DNA of 64,000 nucleotides from the sequence record NZ_CP118102.1; one strand, 5' to 3'. Source of the stretch: a plasmid. The notes beneath the pieces are model-generated. The model saw only the letters and a list, made by a program, of their open reading frames with translations. It was not told where the DNA came from and searched no databases. The first letter of the stretch is position 1; every line of letters begins with the position of its first letter. This document shows positions 9,388 to 19,123 of the stretch, piece after piece. A program made the position numbers and the translations under genes.

Positions 9388-10964
9388 CGTATTATGAGGT
9401 CACCAGATCTTTCTGGTCGACCTCTTTTTTGTTTGGTCGTAAGATAGCGGTAGCCGGGGATCGAGCGTATCTGCCCGTGGGACTTGGATCCCGAGAGCTA
9501 TTCTGTTCATCCCCCCTACTTGTTCAACCATGGTTAGGCTGGTTGGGACGTTGATCCCGTATCACATGCGATAGTGTGGAAAACAAGAAGGTTAGGGGTT
9601 ACCGGTGAATATACTTTGGGAGTGATGTCATGAATCCAGTCATTGGTTTGGATGTGTCCAAGGGAGAGAGCCATGCACAAGCTTTTTTAGACCGCGGAGA
9701 AGCTCATGGGAAGATCTTTAGATTTAATCATGATCTAGAGGGATTATCGGCTTTTCTTAATTATGTTAGAGCGGTAGAATCAGTTGCAGGCATAAGCCCT
9801 TGTATTGTGATGGAGGCAACAGGTCATTATCATAGCCCTGTTGTTCAGTTTCTGGATGAGCACCAGTATCTATACATCGTCATTAATCCGTTAATCTCAT
9901 ATGAAGCTAAAAAGACTAATTTGAGACGCGTCAAGACGGATGCTGCTGATGCCTATCAACTTGGGGCCCTGTTCTATAAAGAAGAATTCGAACCCATCAA
10001 AAAACGGGGGCAGCATCTCATGAATTTACGCTATCTCACGCGTCAGCATGAATCTTTAACGGGTATGTATGTTCAAGTGAAGCTGCAGTTCCAGGCTATT
10101 CTAGATCAGGTTTTTCCTGAATACCATGGTGTGTTCGGTGACCTCTATTCGAAAGTTTCTCTTCGATTCCTAGCTTTACACCCGACCTCTAAAGAAATCC
10201 TGGAAATGTCGGAGCAGGAAATTTCAACAGAGATACACCACCTGATCGCACGAGGCAAATCCACCTCATGGAGTTTGGAACGTGCTCAAATTCTAATGGC
10301 TGCAGCTAAGCGAAACCCCTTTAAGGAGACGGCATTTCCAAGTCATCTGATCTCCATGCAACTGCTCATTAAATTGCTTCTTCAATACCAGGACCATCTA
10401 GCAGACCTTGATAAATCGATAGAGATCCTGGTTGAAGAGTTACCTGAATATGATTTAATCCAATCGATACCTGGTATCGGTACTAAAATTGCTGCAACAA
10501 TTTTGGCTGAGATTGGGGAAATCGATCGATTCGATCACGCAAAGAAGCTGGTGGCTTTTGCTGGTGTTGATCCCAGTGTATTTGCTTCAGGTAAGTTTGT
10601 GGCAACCCAAAACAGAATCACGAAACACGGCTCCAGAAGGCTTCGTACAGCCCTGTATCAAGCTGTGCAATGTGGTATTCGTAGTAATAGAAACAAGAAA
10701 TTAAGAACTTACTACGACAAAAGCGTGCTGAAGGAAAGCTTTTCAAAGTAGCGGTAATTGCTTGTGTAAACAAACTCATCCACTGGATTTTTGCTATCTT
10801 GACTTCGAAAGAAGCATTTCGGCTAGAATAAGTTGAATGAAATTCAAAGATATGAAATATATTCCTGTGCCGAAGGGGACGGTTATTTATCATGCCCTTT
10901 TTAAAGTATACCACCTCATGAAGTCGCAATTAATAATTAAATATTGACAAGCTATTAGCTGGAA
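9388..10964 (+). mobile_element. IS110-family insertion sequence (~1.58 kb) with a structured 5' non-coding region
   Basis: Boundaries come from alignment of split repeat copy A to intact copy B (20770..20920). There are no terminal inverted repeats, as is usual for IS110. The 5' region contains ATCTGCCCGT, identical to the left target flank. Confidence 0.7.
9630..10751 (+). CDS. IS110-family transposase (DEDD N-domain + Transposase_20 C-domain)
   Basis: GLDVSK, MEATGHYH and IPGIGTKIAATILAEIGEIDRF motifs, plus a C-terminal KHGSRRLRTALYQAV. Confidence 0.9.
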   Translation: MNPVIGLDVSKGESHAQAFLDRGEAHGKIFRFNHDLEGLSAFLNYVRAVESVAGISPCIVMEATGHYHSPVVQFLDEHQYLYIVINPLISYEAKKTNLRRVKTDAADAYQLGALFYKEEFEPIKKRGQHLMNLRYLTRQHESLTGMYVQVKLQFQAILDQVFPEYHGVFGDLYSKVSLRFLALHPTSKEILEMSEQEISTEIHHLIARGKSTSWSLERAQILMAAAKRNPFKETAFPSHLISMQLLIKLLLQYQDHLADLDKSIEILVEELPEYDLIQSIPGIGTKIAATILAEIGEIDRFDHAKKLVAFAGVDPSVFASGKFVATQNRITKHGSRRLRTALYQAVQCGIRSNRNKKLRTYYDKSVLKESFSK

Positions 10965-11095
10965 TAGCTTAATGAAAATGGAGCAGTTGCCGACTGGCAA
11001 TCTGCTCCATGCTATTTGTCTATATAAATAAAATAACTGCTTGGCTGCAAATTTACATTGTTTTATATAATCGGCGAAGTGCATCTCTCATTTCA
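10965..11095. repeat. Right part of ~145-bp repeat copy A (contains a minus-strand terminator hairpin and the last 12 codons of the PTP-like gene)
   Basis: agcttaatgaaaatggagcagttgccgactggcaatctgctccat...acattgttttatataatcggcgaagtgcatctctcat aligns to 20800..20915. Confidence 0.6.
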
Positions 11096-11481
11096 GGCTT
11101 AATATTGATATCGGGTCTCTTAGATTTTGCAGTTAGTTCAGCAGAATCTACATCCTTCTCGTGTCCTAATTCAAGCAGAAGTCCTGTTGAAACCGTTCCT
11201 GTACGATTACGCCCTCCTGAACAGTGAAAGTATACCTTCTTCCCTTCATCCACTGCTTTCTTAACAGCATGAATAGCCCTTTTAATCGATTCGTCTTGAT
11301 GATCTTGATCTTCAACGATAGGGAAATGGTGACGAGTGGTACTCTCACGTAACTCTAAGTTGCCACTTGAACCGTCCCGCAAGTCAAACACATCCGTTAT
11401 CCCTTGCTCCTTTACCGCCTGTTCAATATCATCAGCACCACCTATATAGACTTTATCTTTAATAAGTTCATGATAACTCAT
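11053..11481 (-). CDS. Dual-specificity/tyrosine phosphatase-fold protein (CX5R P-loop)
   Basis: VYFHCSGGRNRTG signature. It is the last gene of the minus-strand ars operon. The C-terminal 12 aa (MRDALRRLYKTM) are encoded inside the repeat. Confidence 0.6.
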   Translation of the reverse strand: MSYHELIKDKVYIGGADDIEQAVKEQGITDVFDLRDGSSGNLELRESTTRHHFPIVEDQDHQDESIKRAIHAVKKAVDEGKKVYFHCSGGRNRTGTVSTGLLLELGHEKDVDSAELTAKSKRPDINIKPEMRDALRRLYKTM

Positions 11482-11561
11482 TGCTGGTTTCCTCCAAATT
11501 CTCTAAGATAACTTCTATCCCTAAAGAAGCCGAGAATTTAATCTCGGCTTACTTTGTACGC

Positions 11562-11981
11562 TTACTGGCCCGTTTTCGCGAACGTTTCGATACGCTGTCC
11601 AATCTCATCACGTACCCGTTGGAATACTGACCATTTTTCTTCGTCTGTTCCTTGGGCTTTCGCTGGATCATCAAATCCCCAGTGTTCACGGCGAACATTT
11701 GGTGGAGTAATTGGACATTTATCAGCTGCATCACCGCAAAGAGTGATGACAAGATCAGCGGAATTCAGAATAGTTGGGTCGATCATATCGGATGTTTGAT
11801 TGGAAATATCAATTCCCACTTCGTTCATTGCTTTTACCGCATTTGGATTTAATCCATGGGCTTCAATTCCTGCACTATACACATTCCATTCGTTCCCAAG
11901 GTGTTTTTTAGCCCAGCCTTCAGCCATTTGACTGCGGCAAGAGTTTCCAGTACACAAGAAATAGATCGTTTTTTCACTCAT
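11562..11981 (-). CDS. arsC: Thioredoxin-coupled arsenate reductase ArsC (LMW-PTP family)
   Basis: [19 protein letters not shown]-loop, with the downstream Cys in [10 protein letters not shown]. Near-identical architecture to Bacillus/Staphylococcus ArsC. Confidence 0.95.
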   Translation of the reverse strand: MSEKTIYFLCTGNSCRSQMAEGWAKKHLGNEWNVYSAGIEAHGLNPNAVKAMNEVGIDISNQTSDMIDPTILNSADLVITLCGDAADKCPITPPNVRREHWGFDDPAKAQGTDEEKWSVFQRVRDEIGQRIETFAKTGQ

Positions 11982-12019
11982 ATTGTTATCTCTCCTTTAA
12001 TAAGTCCAAACTATATTTT

Positions 12020-13315
12020 TTATAAAATGAGGAGCCATAGGTACAAACCTAAGAGTGTAATAAACAGGGTTGGAATCGTAATAATTATCCCTGTCTTAAA
12101 GTAGGTTCCCCATGATATTTTGATGCCTTTCGTTGAAAGTACATGCAGCCATAGAAGCGTTGCTAATGAACCGATTGGAGTAATTTTAGGTCCTAAATCA
12201 GATCCGATGACGTTTGCGTAAACCAAAGCTTCTTTTATGACTCCTGTAGCATGAGTCGCATCAATAGCAAGCGCATTAATCATTACTGTCGGCATGTTAT
12301 TCATAATGGATGAAAGAATAGCTGCAATGAATCCCATTCCCATCGTTGCTACAAATAATCCCTGCTCTGCCACAGATGCAATTGCATCAGCCAAGAGATC
12401 TGTCATGCCTGCATTTCGTAGTCCATATACAACAACGTACATCCCGATTGAAAAGAATACGATATTCCAAGGTGCTCCTTTAACTACTTCTTTCGTTTGT
12501 ACAGCAGGACTTCTTCTTGCCAGCATTAAGAAGGCTAAAGCGATGATTCCAGCAACGATAGAAACTGGAATACCCACGAACTCACTTACAAAGTAACCAA
12601 CAACGAGTATGGCGAGTACGTACCAAGATATCCGAAACATGGCTCTGTCCTTTATCGCTTCACTTGGAGCTTTAAGATCGGAGTCGTCAAATCGCTTAGG
12701 AATACTTCTTCTGAAGAAAATATAAAGAACAAGAATACTTGCCACCAAAGCAAAAATATTTGGAATGATCATCCGACTGGCATACTCGTTGAAGCTGATG
12801 CCAAAGAAATCGGCAGACACGATATTGACCAGGTTACTTACAACCAGCGGAAGCGATGTTGTATCTGCAATAAAACCACTGGCAATGATAAACGGAAACA
12901 CTTTTTTCTCATCAAAATTCAGGGCTCGTACCATAGCAAGCACAATCGGTGTCAGAATGAGTGCGGCTCCGTCATTTGCAAAGAAAGCCGCTACGATTGC
13001 ACCGAGTATACTAATGTACACAAACATTCGAATCCCATTTCCTTTGGCTGCTCGAGCCATATGCAGCGCAGCCCATTCAAAGAATCCAATTCGATCCAAG
13101 ATTAATGAAATTAAGATAATGGCCACAAACGCTAATGTTGCATTCCATACGATCTGGGTAACATCCCAAACATCTTGAAAACTGACAACTCCAACTAACA
13201 GAGCTAGGACAGCACCGCCACATGCAGACCAACCAATGTTTAAATTTTTTGGTTGCCATATGACGAGCACTAGTGTAACTAAAAAAATGATACAAGCTAA
13301 TATTGTCGACACCAC
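12020..13315 (-). CDS. arsB: Arsenite efflux permease ArsB (ArsB/NhaD family)
   Basis: 431 aa polytopic protein with an ArsB-like N-terminus ([23 protein letters not shown]). Confidence 0.9.
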   Translation of the reverse strand: MVSTILACIIFLVTLVLVIWQPKNLNIGWSACGGAVLALLVGVVSFQDVWDVTQIVWNATLAFVAIILISLILDRIGFFEWAALHMARAAKGNGIRMFVYISILGAIVAAFFANDGAALILTPIVLAMVRALNFDEKKVFPFIIASGFIADTTSLPLVVSNLVNIVSADFFGISFNEYASRMIIPNIFALVASILVLYIFFRRSIPKRFDDSDLKAPSEAIKDRAMFRISWYVLAILVVGYFVSEFVGIPVSIVAGIIALAFLMLARRSPAVQTKEVVKGAPWNIVFFSIGMYVVVYGLRNAGMTDLLADAIASVAEQGLFVATMGMGFIAAILSSIMNNMPTVMINALAIDATHATGVIKEALVYANVIGSDLGPKITPIGSLATLLWLHVLSTKGIKISWGTYFKTGIIITIPTLFITLLGLYLWLLIL

Positions 13316-13493
13316 TATAAAACCTCCAACTTGACTATCTTCTAAGGTTTAACAAGACATACACAGCATGCTTTGACCTTATTTGTAAGAATTTCACCGT
13401 GCCAGAATATAAGCTCTAGGATTTGTCATACACCGCCTCCTCTATTCCGAGATCATTATATAAGCATATGCTTATATATACAACCCACTTTTT

Positions 13494-13847
13494 TTATTTT
13501 CCTCCGATACAAGAAGATTGTAATCCCTGTTTATTAAGCTCCGTCAGAATTTGCTGAGCATGAGGTAAATTTTGCAGAACAGCCTGAATATACGGTTTGT
13601 CCTCCACATGCAACGAATAGTAAATCCACTGACTTCTTCTCGTTTCTTTTACAAGATCCAGGGATTTCAGCTTCCGGATATGCTGACTTATCGCCGGCTG
13701 AGACATTTCAAAGATATCCACAAATTCGCATACGCACCATTCGCGTTCTTGTAAAAGCAACATCATCGTAAGTCTTGTCTTATCTCCTAGAAGCTTCAAA
13801 CGATCCGCAGCGAGAGATAAATCAGATGTGGTTACAATTCCACTCAT
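13494..13847 (-). CDS. arsR: ArsR/SmtB-family As(III)-responsive repressor
   Basis: CVCEFVDIFEMSQPAISQHIRKL wHTH with the CVC metalloid-binding motif. First gene of arsR-arsB-arsC. Confidence 0.85.
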   Translation of the reverse strand: MSGIVTTSDLSLAADRLKLLGDKTRLTMMLLLQEREWCVCEFVDIFEMSQPAISQHIRKLKSLDLVKETRRSQWIYYSLHVEDKPYIQAVLQNLPHAQQILTELNKQGLQSSCIGGK

Positions 13848-14008
13848 GATCCTACTCCCCTTTCTTACTCTCGATTATTTCTGTTGTATTCATCATACAT
13901 AACATCTATCTATTTATCAAATTATTTTGATGTATTGATACAACACTGACTCTATGTTAATATTTAATTAATCAAAAATATTTGATTATTATAAGGGAGA
14001 ATATTCTC

Positions 14009-14332
14009 ATGACGATAGACGCGACATTCTTGGCCAGTTATGAGGCCAAATTTAAAGCATTAGCGGATCAGAAGCGACTTCTCATTATCAATAAACTTTG
14101 TCAGCATGAAGAAGTTTGCGTTTGTGATCTTGTAGAAAAGATGGAAATACCTCAGTCCAAGCTCTCCTATCACCTTAAGATACTTCTAGATGCCGGATTC
14201 ATACTCAAAGAAACAAGAGGTACTTGGAGCTATTACAGGCTAAATCAAAGTGAAATCAATAAAGTACTGTCTCCGGAATTGTGCTGTATATTTACAAAAC
14301 CGAATCGTACAACCGATCAAACCACATGCTAA
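14009..14332 (+). CDS. Second ArsR/SmtB-family regulator, divergent from arsRBC
   Basis: VCVCDLVEKMEIPQSKLSYHLKIL. Start placed at the ATG with an aagggag RBS (the track ORF starts earlier). Confidence 0.8.
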   Translation: MTIDATFLASYEAKFKALADQKRLLIINKLCQHEEVCVCDLVEKMEIPQSKLSYHLKILLDAGFILKETRGTWSYYRLNQSEINKVLSPELCCIFTKPNRTTDQTTC

Positions 14333-14361
14333 TCTAATTTGTAACGCCAAGGAGGATTCTT

Positions 14362-15315
14362 ATGTATAAATCAGTTATTATTGGTACCGGTCCTGCAGGA
14401 TACACAGCAGCCATTTATCTTGCACGTGCTAATTTGAACCCTCTCATTATTGAAGGACTTCAGCCTGGTGGACAGTTAACCACAACGACCGAAATTGAGA
14501 ACTTCCCGGGTTTTCCTGAAGGGATCATGGGTCCAGAATTAATGGATAACATGCGTAAACAAGCCGAACGTTTTGGAGCTGAGTTTAAATCCGGATTTGT
14601 AAGCGAAGTAGACTTCAGTCAACGACCTTTTAAACTCAAAATTGATGGCCAGCCTGAGATCGAAGCAGAATCCGTTATTATCTCCACTGGAGCATCAGCT
14701 AGATATCTCGGTATACCTAATGAGCAAGAATACGTCGGGCGTGGCGTGAGTACCTGTGCTACATGTGATGGATTCTTCTTCCGCGGTAAGAAAATCATTG
14801 TCGTAGGCGGTGGAGACTCTGCTATGGAGGAAGCTAACTTCTTAACTCGATTTGCTTCTGAAGTCGTATTAGTCCATCGTCGGGATGATTTAAGGGCCTC
14901 TAAAATTATGCAAGACCGGGCAAGATCAAACCCGAAAATAACGTTTGCCTTAAATCGAACACCAGTAGAAGTACTTCCCAAAGAAATGGGGATTCAAGGA
15001 TTAAAAGTCCTTAATAATGAAACGGGACAAGAAGAAGTGATTGAGGCGGACGGATTATTTGTCGCTATTGGACACACGCCCAATACCTCTTTCCTAGGTG
15101 GACAAATCAATACGGACGCTCATGGATACATTGTTGTAAATCCAGGAACGACAGAAACCAATATCCCAGGTGTTTTTGCTTGTGGAGACGTACAGGACTC
15201 TAAGTACCGTCAAGCGATCACCGCTGCAGGATCAGGTTGTATGGCTGCTATGGATTCTGAAAAATTCCTGGAGGGTTCGGCCATACAGGACTGGAGCGGC
15301 ATTCTAGATCAATAA
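14362..15315 (+). CDS. trxB: Thioredoxin-disulfide reductase (TrxB; ArsT-like in ars context)
   Basis: GTGPAGYTAAIY FAD site, CATCDG redox centre and GGGDSAMEEA NADPH site. Confidence 0.9.
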   Translation: MYKSVIIGTGPAGYTAAIYLARANLNPLIIEGLQPGGQLTTTTEIENFPGFPEGIMGPELMDNMRKQAERFGAEFKSGFVSEVDFSQRPFKLKIDGQPEIEAESVIISTGASARYLGIPNEQEYVGRGVSTCATCDGFFFRGKKIIVVGGGDSAMEEANFLTRFASEVVLVHRRDDLRASKIMQDRARSNPKITFALNRTPVEVLPKEMGIQGLKVLNNETGQEEVIEADGLFVAIGHTPNTSFLGGQINTDAHGYIVVNPGTTETNIPGVFACGDVQDSKYRQAITAAGSGCMAAMDSEKFLEGSAIQDWSGILDQ

Positions 15316-15397
15316 TCTCTCTTCAAAAGCTCATCAAACATTACTGATGAGCTTTTGTTTTATATTAAAGAAAATAGTCTACAGTGGAGGCAGCAAA

Positions 15398-15907
15398 ATG
15401 GAGATACGTATTCGACCTGCAATCGAAAGTGATGCTCGAGGTATTATGGAGATCTATAATTACTCAATCGTAGTTGAGAGAAATGCAACCTTTGATACAA
15501 TACCTAAAACGTTAGAAGATCGAACCCAGTGGATACGATCCCAAGGGGATCGGTATCCCATTGTAGTTGCAGAATTGAATGACCAGATTATTGGCTGGGC
15601 CTCTGTGTCCAGTTACCGGACAAGGGAGTGTTATCAAGGGGTTGGAGAATTTTCTGTATATGTACATAAAGACTTTAGAAAGCAAAATTTAGGCTACAAG
15701 CTGCTTGATCAACTTATTAAGGTGTGCAAGGATGCAGGTTATTGGAAGCTGCTCTCTCGTATCTTCACCTTTAATCAAGGAAGCCGTAAACTATGTGAAC
15801 GGTGTGGATTTAGAGAAGTTGGGATATATGAAAAACATGCGAAATTAGGGGATGATTGGCTCGATGTAGTCATAGTAGAGAAAATCATTTCCGAAAATCT
15901 AATCTAG
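15398..15907 (+). CDS. GNAT acetyltransferase of the phosphinothricin acetyltransferase (PAT) family; ArsN1-like
   Basis: Alignable to PAT/YwnH-type enzymes (IYNYSI...PIVVAE...GWASVSSYRTRECYQGVGEFSVYVHKD...GYKLL). Lies in an operon with arsR2-trxB. Confidence 0.6.
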   Translation: MEIRIRPAIESDARGIMEIYNYSIVVERNATFDTIPKTLEDRTQWIRSQGDRYPIVVAELNDQIIGWASVSSYRTRECYQGVGEFSVYVHKDFRKQNLGYKLLDQLIKVCKDAGYWKLLSRIFTFNQGSRKLCERCGFREVGIYEKHAKLGDDWLDVVIVEKIISENLI

Positions 15908-15916
15908 TGGAGATTA

Positions 15917-15946
15917 AAAAGGCCCGTCATCGGCGGGCCCTTTTAA
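15917..15946. terminator. Bidirectional rho-independent terminator
   Basis: aaaaaggcccgtcatcggcgggccctttt; a GC stem flanked by A and T runs between convergent genes. Confidence 0.6.
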
Positions 15947-15961
15947 TTATTTATTTGTAGC

Positions 15962-17356
15962 TTAGCTACAACAAGAAGACACTTTCGCAGCAGGTGTTGG
16001 AGAACAGCAGCTCTCCTCAACTTGATTGGATACATTATTTATACTGCATACACCCGTCTCTGGTAATTCCAACTCCACTTTTTCGGCTCCTTCGTAATCC
16101 CCTGCCAGATATGCAGCAATGGATCTCACCTGCTCATAGCCTGTCGCCATAAGAAAGGTTGGAGCTCGGCCGTAGCTCTTCATGCCCACAATATAGAAGT
16201 TCTTTTCCAAATGCCGAAGTTCTTTTTCCCCGTGTGGACGAACCGTTCCACAGCTGTGTACATTAGGATCAATAAGTGGAGCTAGAGTCTCTACACTTTC
16301 CGTACTTTGATCGATACTCAGTCGCAGCTCGCCTAAGAACGAGAAATCCGGACGACTTCCTGTGTTTACAACAATTTCATCTATGCCCTCAACTTGTTTT
16401 ACTTCACCAAGACTCGTGCCGGTAATGTTGATTTTACCATCCACTTGTTTCAACTGATGAATATGGAATGGTGTAAAGACCTTTATTCTACCTTGATCTA
16501 CAAGTCGATGAATTCGACTTCCGAGTGCTCCTCTAGCCTTCAGTTGGTCATTGTCTTCCCCACCATACGCATTTCCTACTTTACTCTTTCGCATGATCCA
16601 AAAGATTTTTGTATTTGGATCTTTAGACAGTTCCAGCATTGAGTTAATTGCCGAATGCCCTCCTCCAATTACCGCCACTTTCTTACCATTGAATCGTTCA
16701 CCATCTCTGCTATTAATATCAGGGATGCCATAATAAATATGCTCTTTAAGATCTCCTTCTTCCTTCGTCCAAATCCCACTGCTATGGACAGGATTCGCTT
16801 TCCCCCAAGTGCCTGTCGCATCAACCACTGCTTTTGCTTCATACAGGGTTGTCAATTGGTTTTCCTCCACCAGAACAATAAATGGCTGGCTTTCACGCCC
16901 TAAGGTCTTCATTTTGTCCATATCTTTTCTGCTGACTGCTGTTACTTTTGCATTCAGCTTTATGTTGGATTCTATCTCAGGCAAACGGGATAGTGGGTAA
17001 AGATACTGCTCCAAAAGCTCTTTACCAGTTGGTAAAACATCATCATCTGGACGTTCCCAACCCGCTTTCTCGAGTAATCTAGCCGCTGCTTTATCGATGT
17101 TGTATTGCCAAGGGGAAAATACTTGTACATGCCCCCATTCCTTAATATGACTTCCCACCTCAGCTCCAGACTCAAAGATGATAATATTTTCTCCTCTTTC
17201 AATGAGGTGTGCTGCTGCGGCAAGTCCGATTGGTCCGGCACCAATGATGGCTACAGGTAGATTGGATGACGGGTTACCGCCCGTTTTAACGACATCTTTG
17301 TTGGTTTCAGAAGCACAACAATTATTTTGAACTTGTGTAAATTGGATTTCTTTCAT
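15962..17356 (-). CDS. FAD/NAD(P)-binding oxidoreductase with vicinal cysteine pairs at both termini
   Basis: Two Rossmann motifs (IIGAGPIGLAAAAHL and VAVIGGGHSAINSM). N-terminal NNCCAS and C-terminal SCCSPTPAAKVSSCCS. Confidence 0.6.
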   Translation of the reverse strand: MKEIQFTQVQNNCCASETNKDVVKTGGNPSSNLPVAIIGAGPIGLAAAAHLIERGENIIIFESGAEVGSHIKEWGHVQVFSPWQYNIDKAAARLLEKAGWERPDDDVLPTGKELLEQYLYPLSRLPEIESNIKLNAKVTAVSRKDMDKMKTLGRESQPFIVLVEENQLTTLYEAKAVVDATGTWGKANPVHSSGIWTKEEGDLKEHIYYGIPDINSRDGERFNGKKVAVIGGGHSAINSMLELSKDPNTKIFWIMRKSKVGNAYGGEDNDQLKARGALGSRIHRLVDQGRIKVFTPFHIHQLKQVDGKINITGTSLGEVKQVEGIDEIVVNTGSRPDFSFLGELRLSIDQSTESVETLAPLIDPNVHSCGTVRPHGEKELRHLEKNFYIVGMKSYGRAPTFLMATGYEQVRSIAAYLAGDYEGAEKVELELPETGVCSINNVSNQVEESCCSPTPAAKVSSCCS

Positions 17357-17380
17357 TTAACATACCTCTCTTCATGTTTT

Positions 17381-17403
17381 TATTTGCATTTTGCAAGTAT
17401 ATG
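17381..17403. promoter_or_regulatory. MarR-type operator palindrome, site 1 (upstream of the flavoprotein gene)
   Basis: TATTTGCATTTTGCAAGTATAT; inverted repeat TTGCA-TTT-TGCAA with extended ATAT arms. Confidence 0.55.
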
Positions 17404-17429
17404 TTGATTACGTAGGGTGATCTTGAAGA

Positions 17430-17879
17430 TCACCCCATTGGTGTACAGCATTTATCTGATTTAAGCATACTTTCATTTAACAACTTAATGGATCGGAGAA
17501 CCGTTTCTCGCTCAAATTCATTCATAAAAGAGAAAACCTCATTTAAGTAGCTGTTCATATTCTCATCGATCGTCGTAGCCACGAATTTTCCTTCAGTCGT
17601 CAGATGCAGAATATATACTCTACGATCCTCTGGAAGTGTTGTTTTCTTAACTAAGTTCTTTTTAATCAATGTTTGTACCTGACGGCTAAATGTGGTTATA
17701 TCCATGCCAAGCGTATCCGCGATCTGCTGCATAGATGGCTCATGCTGTCGATCAATTTCATAAAGTATATGGCTTTGGATCATGGATATATCATTAGTCC
17801 CTACACTACAACAATTCTTATTCAAAAGGCCGAATCGGCGTGCAGTTACTTGTAGTAGTTCTCTCGGACTTTCTTCCAT
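17430..17879 (-). CDS. MarR-family transcriptional regulator with two vicinal Cys pairs
   Basis: wHTH core (MQQIADTLGMDITTFSRQVQTLIKKNLV), plus CC at residues ~23-24 and KCCTPMG at the C-terminus. Confidence 0.8.
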   Translation of the reverse strand: MEESPRELLQVTARRFGLLNKNCCSVGTNDISMIQSHILYEIDRQHEPSMQQIADTLGMDITTFSRQVQTLIKKNLVKKTTLPEDRRVYILHLTTEGKFVATTIDENMNSYLNEVFSFMNEFERETVLRSIKLLNESMLKSDKCCTPMG

Positions 17880-17910
17880 CTAAGCTCACCTCTTGATTCA
17901 GTTATACTAT

Positions 17911-17935
17911 ATATATTTGCATTTTGCAAGTATAT
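17911..17935. promoter_or_regulatory. MarR-type operator palindrome, site 2 (marR promoter; autoregulation)
   Basis: ATATATTTGCATTTTGCAAGTATAT; identical core to site 1. Confidence 0.55.
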
Positions 17936-18048
17936 GATTTGAATCATCCATGTATATATCCGATCACCAAGTCAATATTCAATATTAAAGGGGCAGAGCG
18001 TTAAAATCTTAAAAACAAATTTAGACTTCTGATTTTAAACTAACCATC

Positions 18049-19098
18049 CTAATTTAAAATTTTTTTGGCTTGATCGATTACATATCGAGCATCGGGTCCA
18101 ACACCACGAAGTGTAGCAGATGAAAAAGACCGCTGTCCAGGTATTCCCACATAATAAAGTCCTTCTACAGCAGTACTTACCCCTTTCTTTTGTAACGGTT
18201 CTTCATTCACATTTAAAGCATCTAACCTCTTTAAATATTCATAATTTGATCGATAACCCGTTGCAAATATGACCTGATCTATCTTCTCTTTCTCACCGTT
18301 TTCCCAAACCACTCCTTCTTCATAAAAGGCACTGAACATCGGTCTTTGTTGTGGTTTTCCTTCCTTTAATCGCTGTCGATAATGATCTAGATCCATTACG
18401 GATGAATTAAGGGCTAACTTTTTACCGATGGGCCAAACGGAATCGATACCAAACCATTTAAACCAATCATGAATATCTCGACCTAAAATACGCTGCGGCA
18501 CCAGAGATACAGGTTCTCTTACTGCGAGTGTAGCATGTGCTACTTCCGCTAATTCCATGCTAATTTGTACTGCTGAATTCCCTCTCCCCACAACAATTAC
18601 CCTTTGATCTTTGTATGCTTCAGGGGATCTATAAAATGCAGAATGAGTTATAGACCTTTTGTAAGTTTGCTCTCCGGTTATTTGAGGAACATAGGGCTTG
18701 TTAAACGATCCGGTAGCACAGATAAGAGTCCGGGATAAGTACCTTTTGCCTGAAGAAGTATGAATTTCAAAAACACCTGTATTATTCCGGAGCACCTCTA
18801 TGACTCGGGTATGAAAAACCAGAGGCAACTCAAAAAATCTCGCGTATTCATTTAAATACGCTATCACTTCATCTCGAAGTGGATAACGCTCCCCCGGAGA
18901 TGCCAAAGGAAGACCCGGTAATGATGAGTACTTAGCCGGTGAAAATAACTTAAGGCTGTCATAATAATAAGGCCAAGATCCTGCAGCCTGCCCCCCAGCT
19001 TCTAAAATCAAAAAAGAACGTCCACTCGTCTTTAAATAATATCCCGAGGCTAAGCCTGCCTGGCCGCCGCCAATAACAATCGTATCCCAAATTTTCAT
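18049..19098 (-). CDS. Flavin-containing monooxygenase-like NAD(P)/FAD oxidoreductase (ArsO/CzcO-like)
   Basis: IVIGGGQAGLASGYYL and VIVVGRGNSAVQI dinucleotide motifs. 349 aa, downstream of the MFS gene in the same operon. Confidence 0.6.
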   Translation of the reverse strand: MKIWDTIVIGGGQAGLASGYYLKTSGRSFLILEAGGQAAGSWPYYYDSLKLFSPAKYSSLPGLPLASPGERYPLRDEVIAYLNEYARFFELPLVFHTRVIEVLRNNTGVFEIHTSSGKRYLSRTLICATGSFNKPYVPQITGEQTYKRSITHSAFYRSPEAYKDQRVIVVGRGNSAVQISMELAEVAHATLAVREPVSLVPQRILGRDIHDWFKWFGIDSVWPIGKKLALNSSVMDLDHYRQRLKEGKPQQRPMFSAFYEEGVVWENGEKEKIDQVIFATGYRSNYEYLKRLDALNVNEEPLQKKGVSTAVEGLYYVGIPGQRSFSSATLRGVGPDARYVIDQAKKILN

Positions 19099-19123
19099 TT
19101 GTACCCTTCCCTTTCCTACATCA

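Noticed and set aside
10618-11084. Minus-strand ORFs of 103 and 64 aa spanning the IS110 3' end and the repeat
   Set aside because: They cross the IS/repeat junction, lack an RBS, and overlap the transposase 3' end. They are better explained as non-coding IS end plus repeat.
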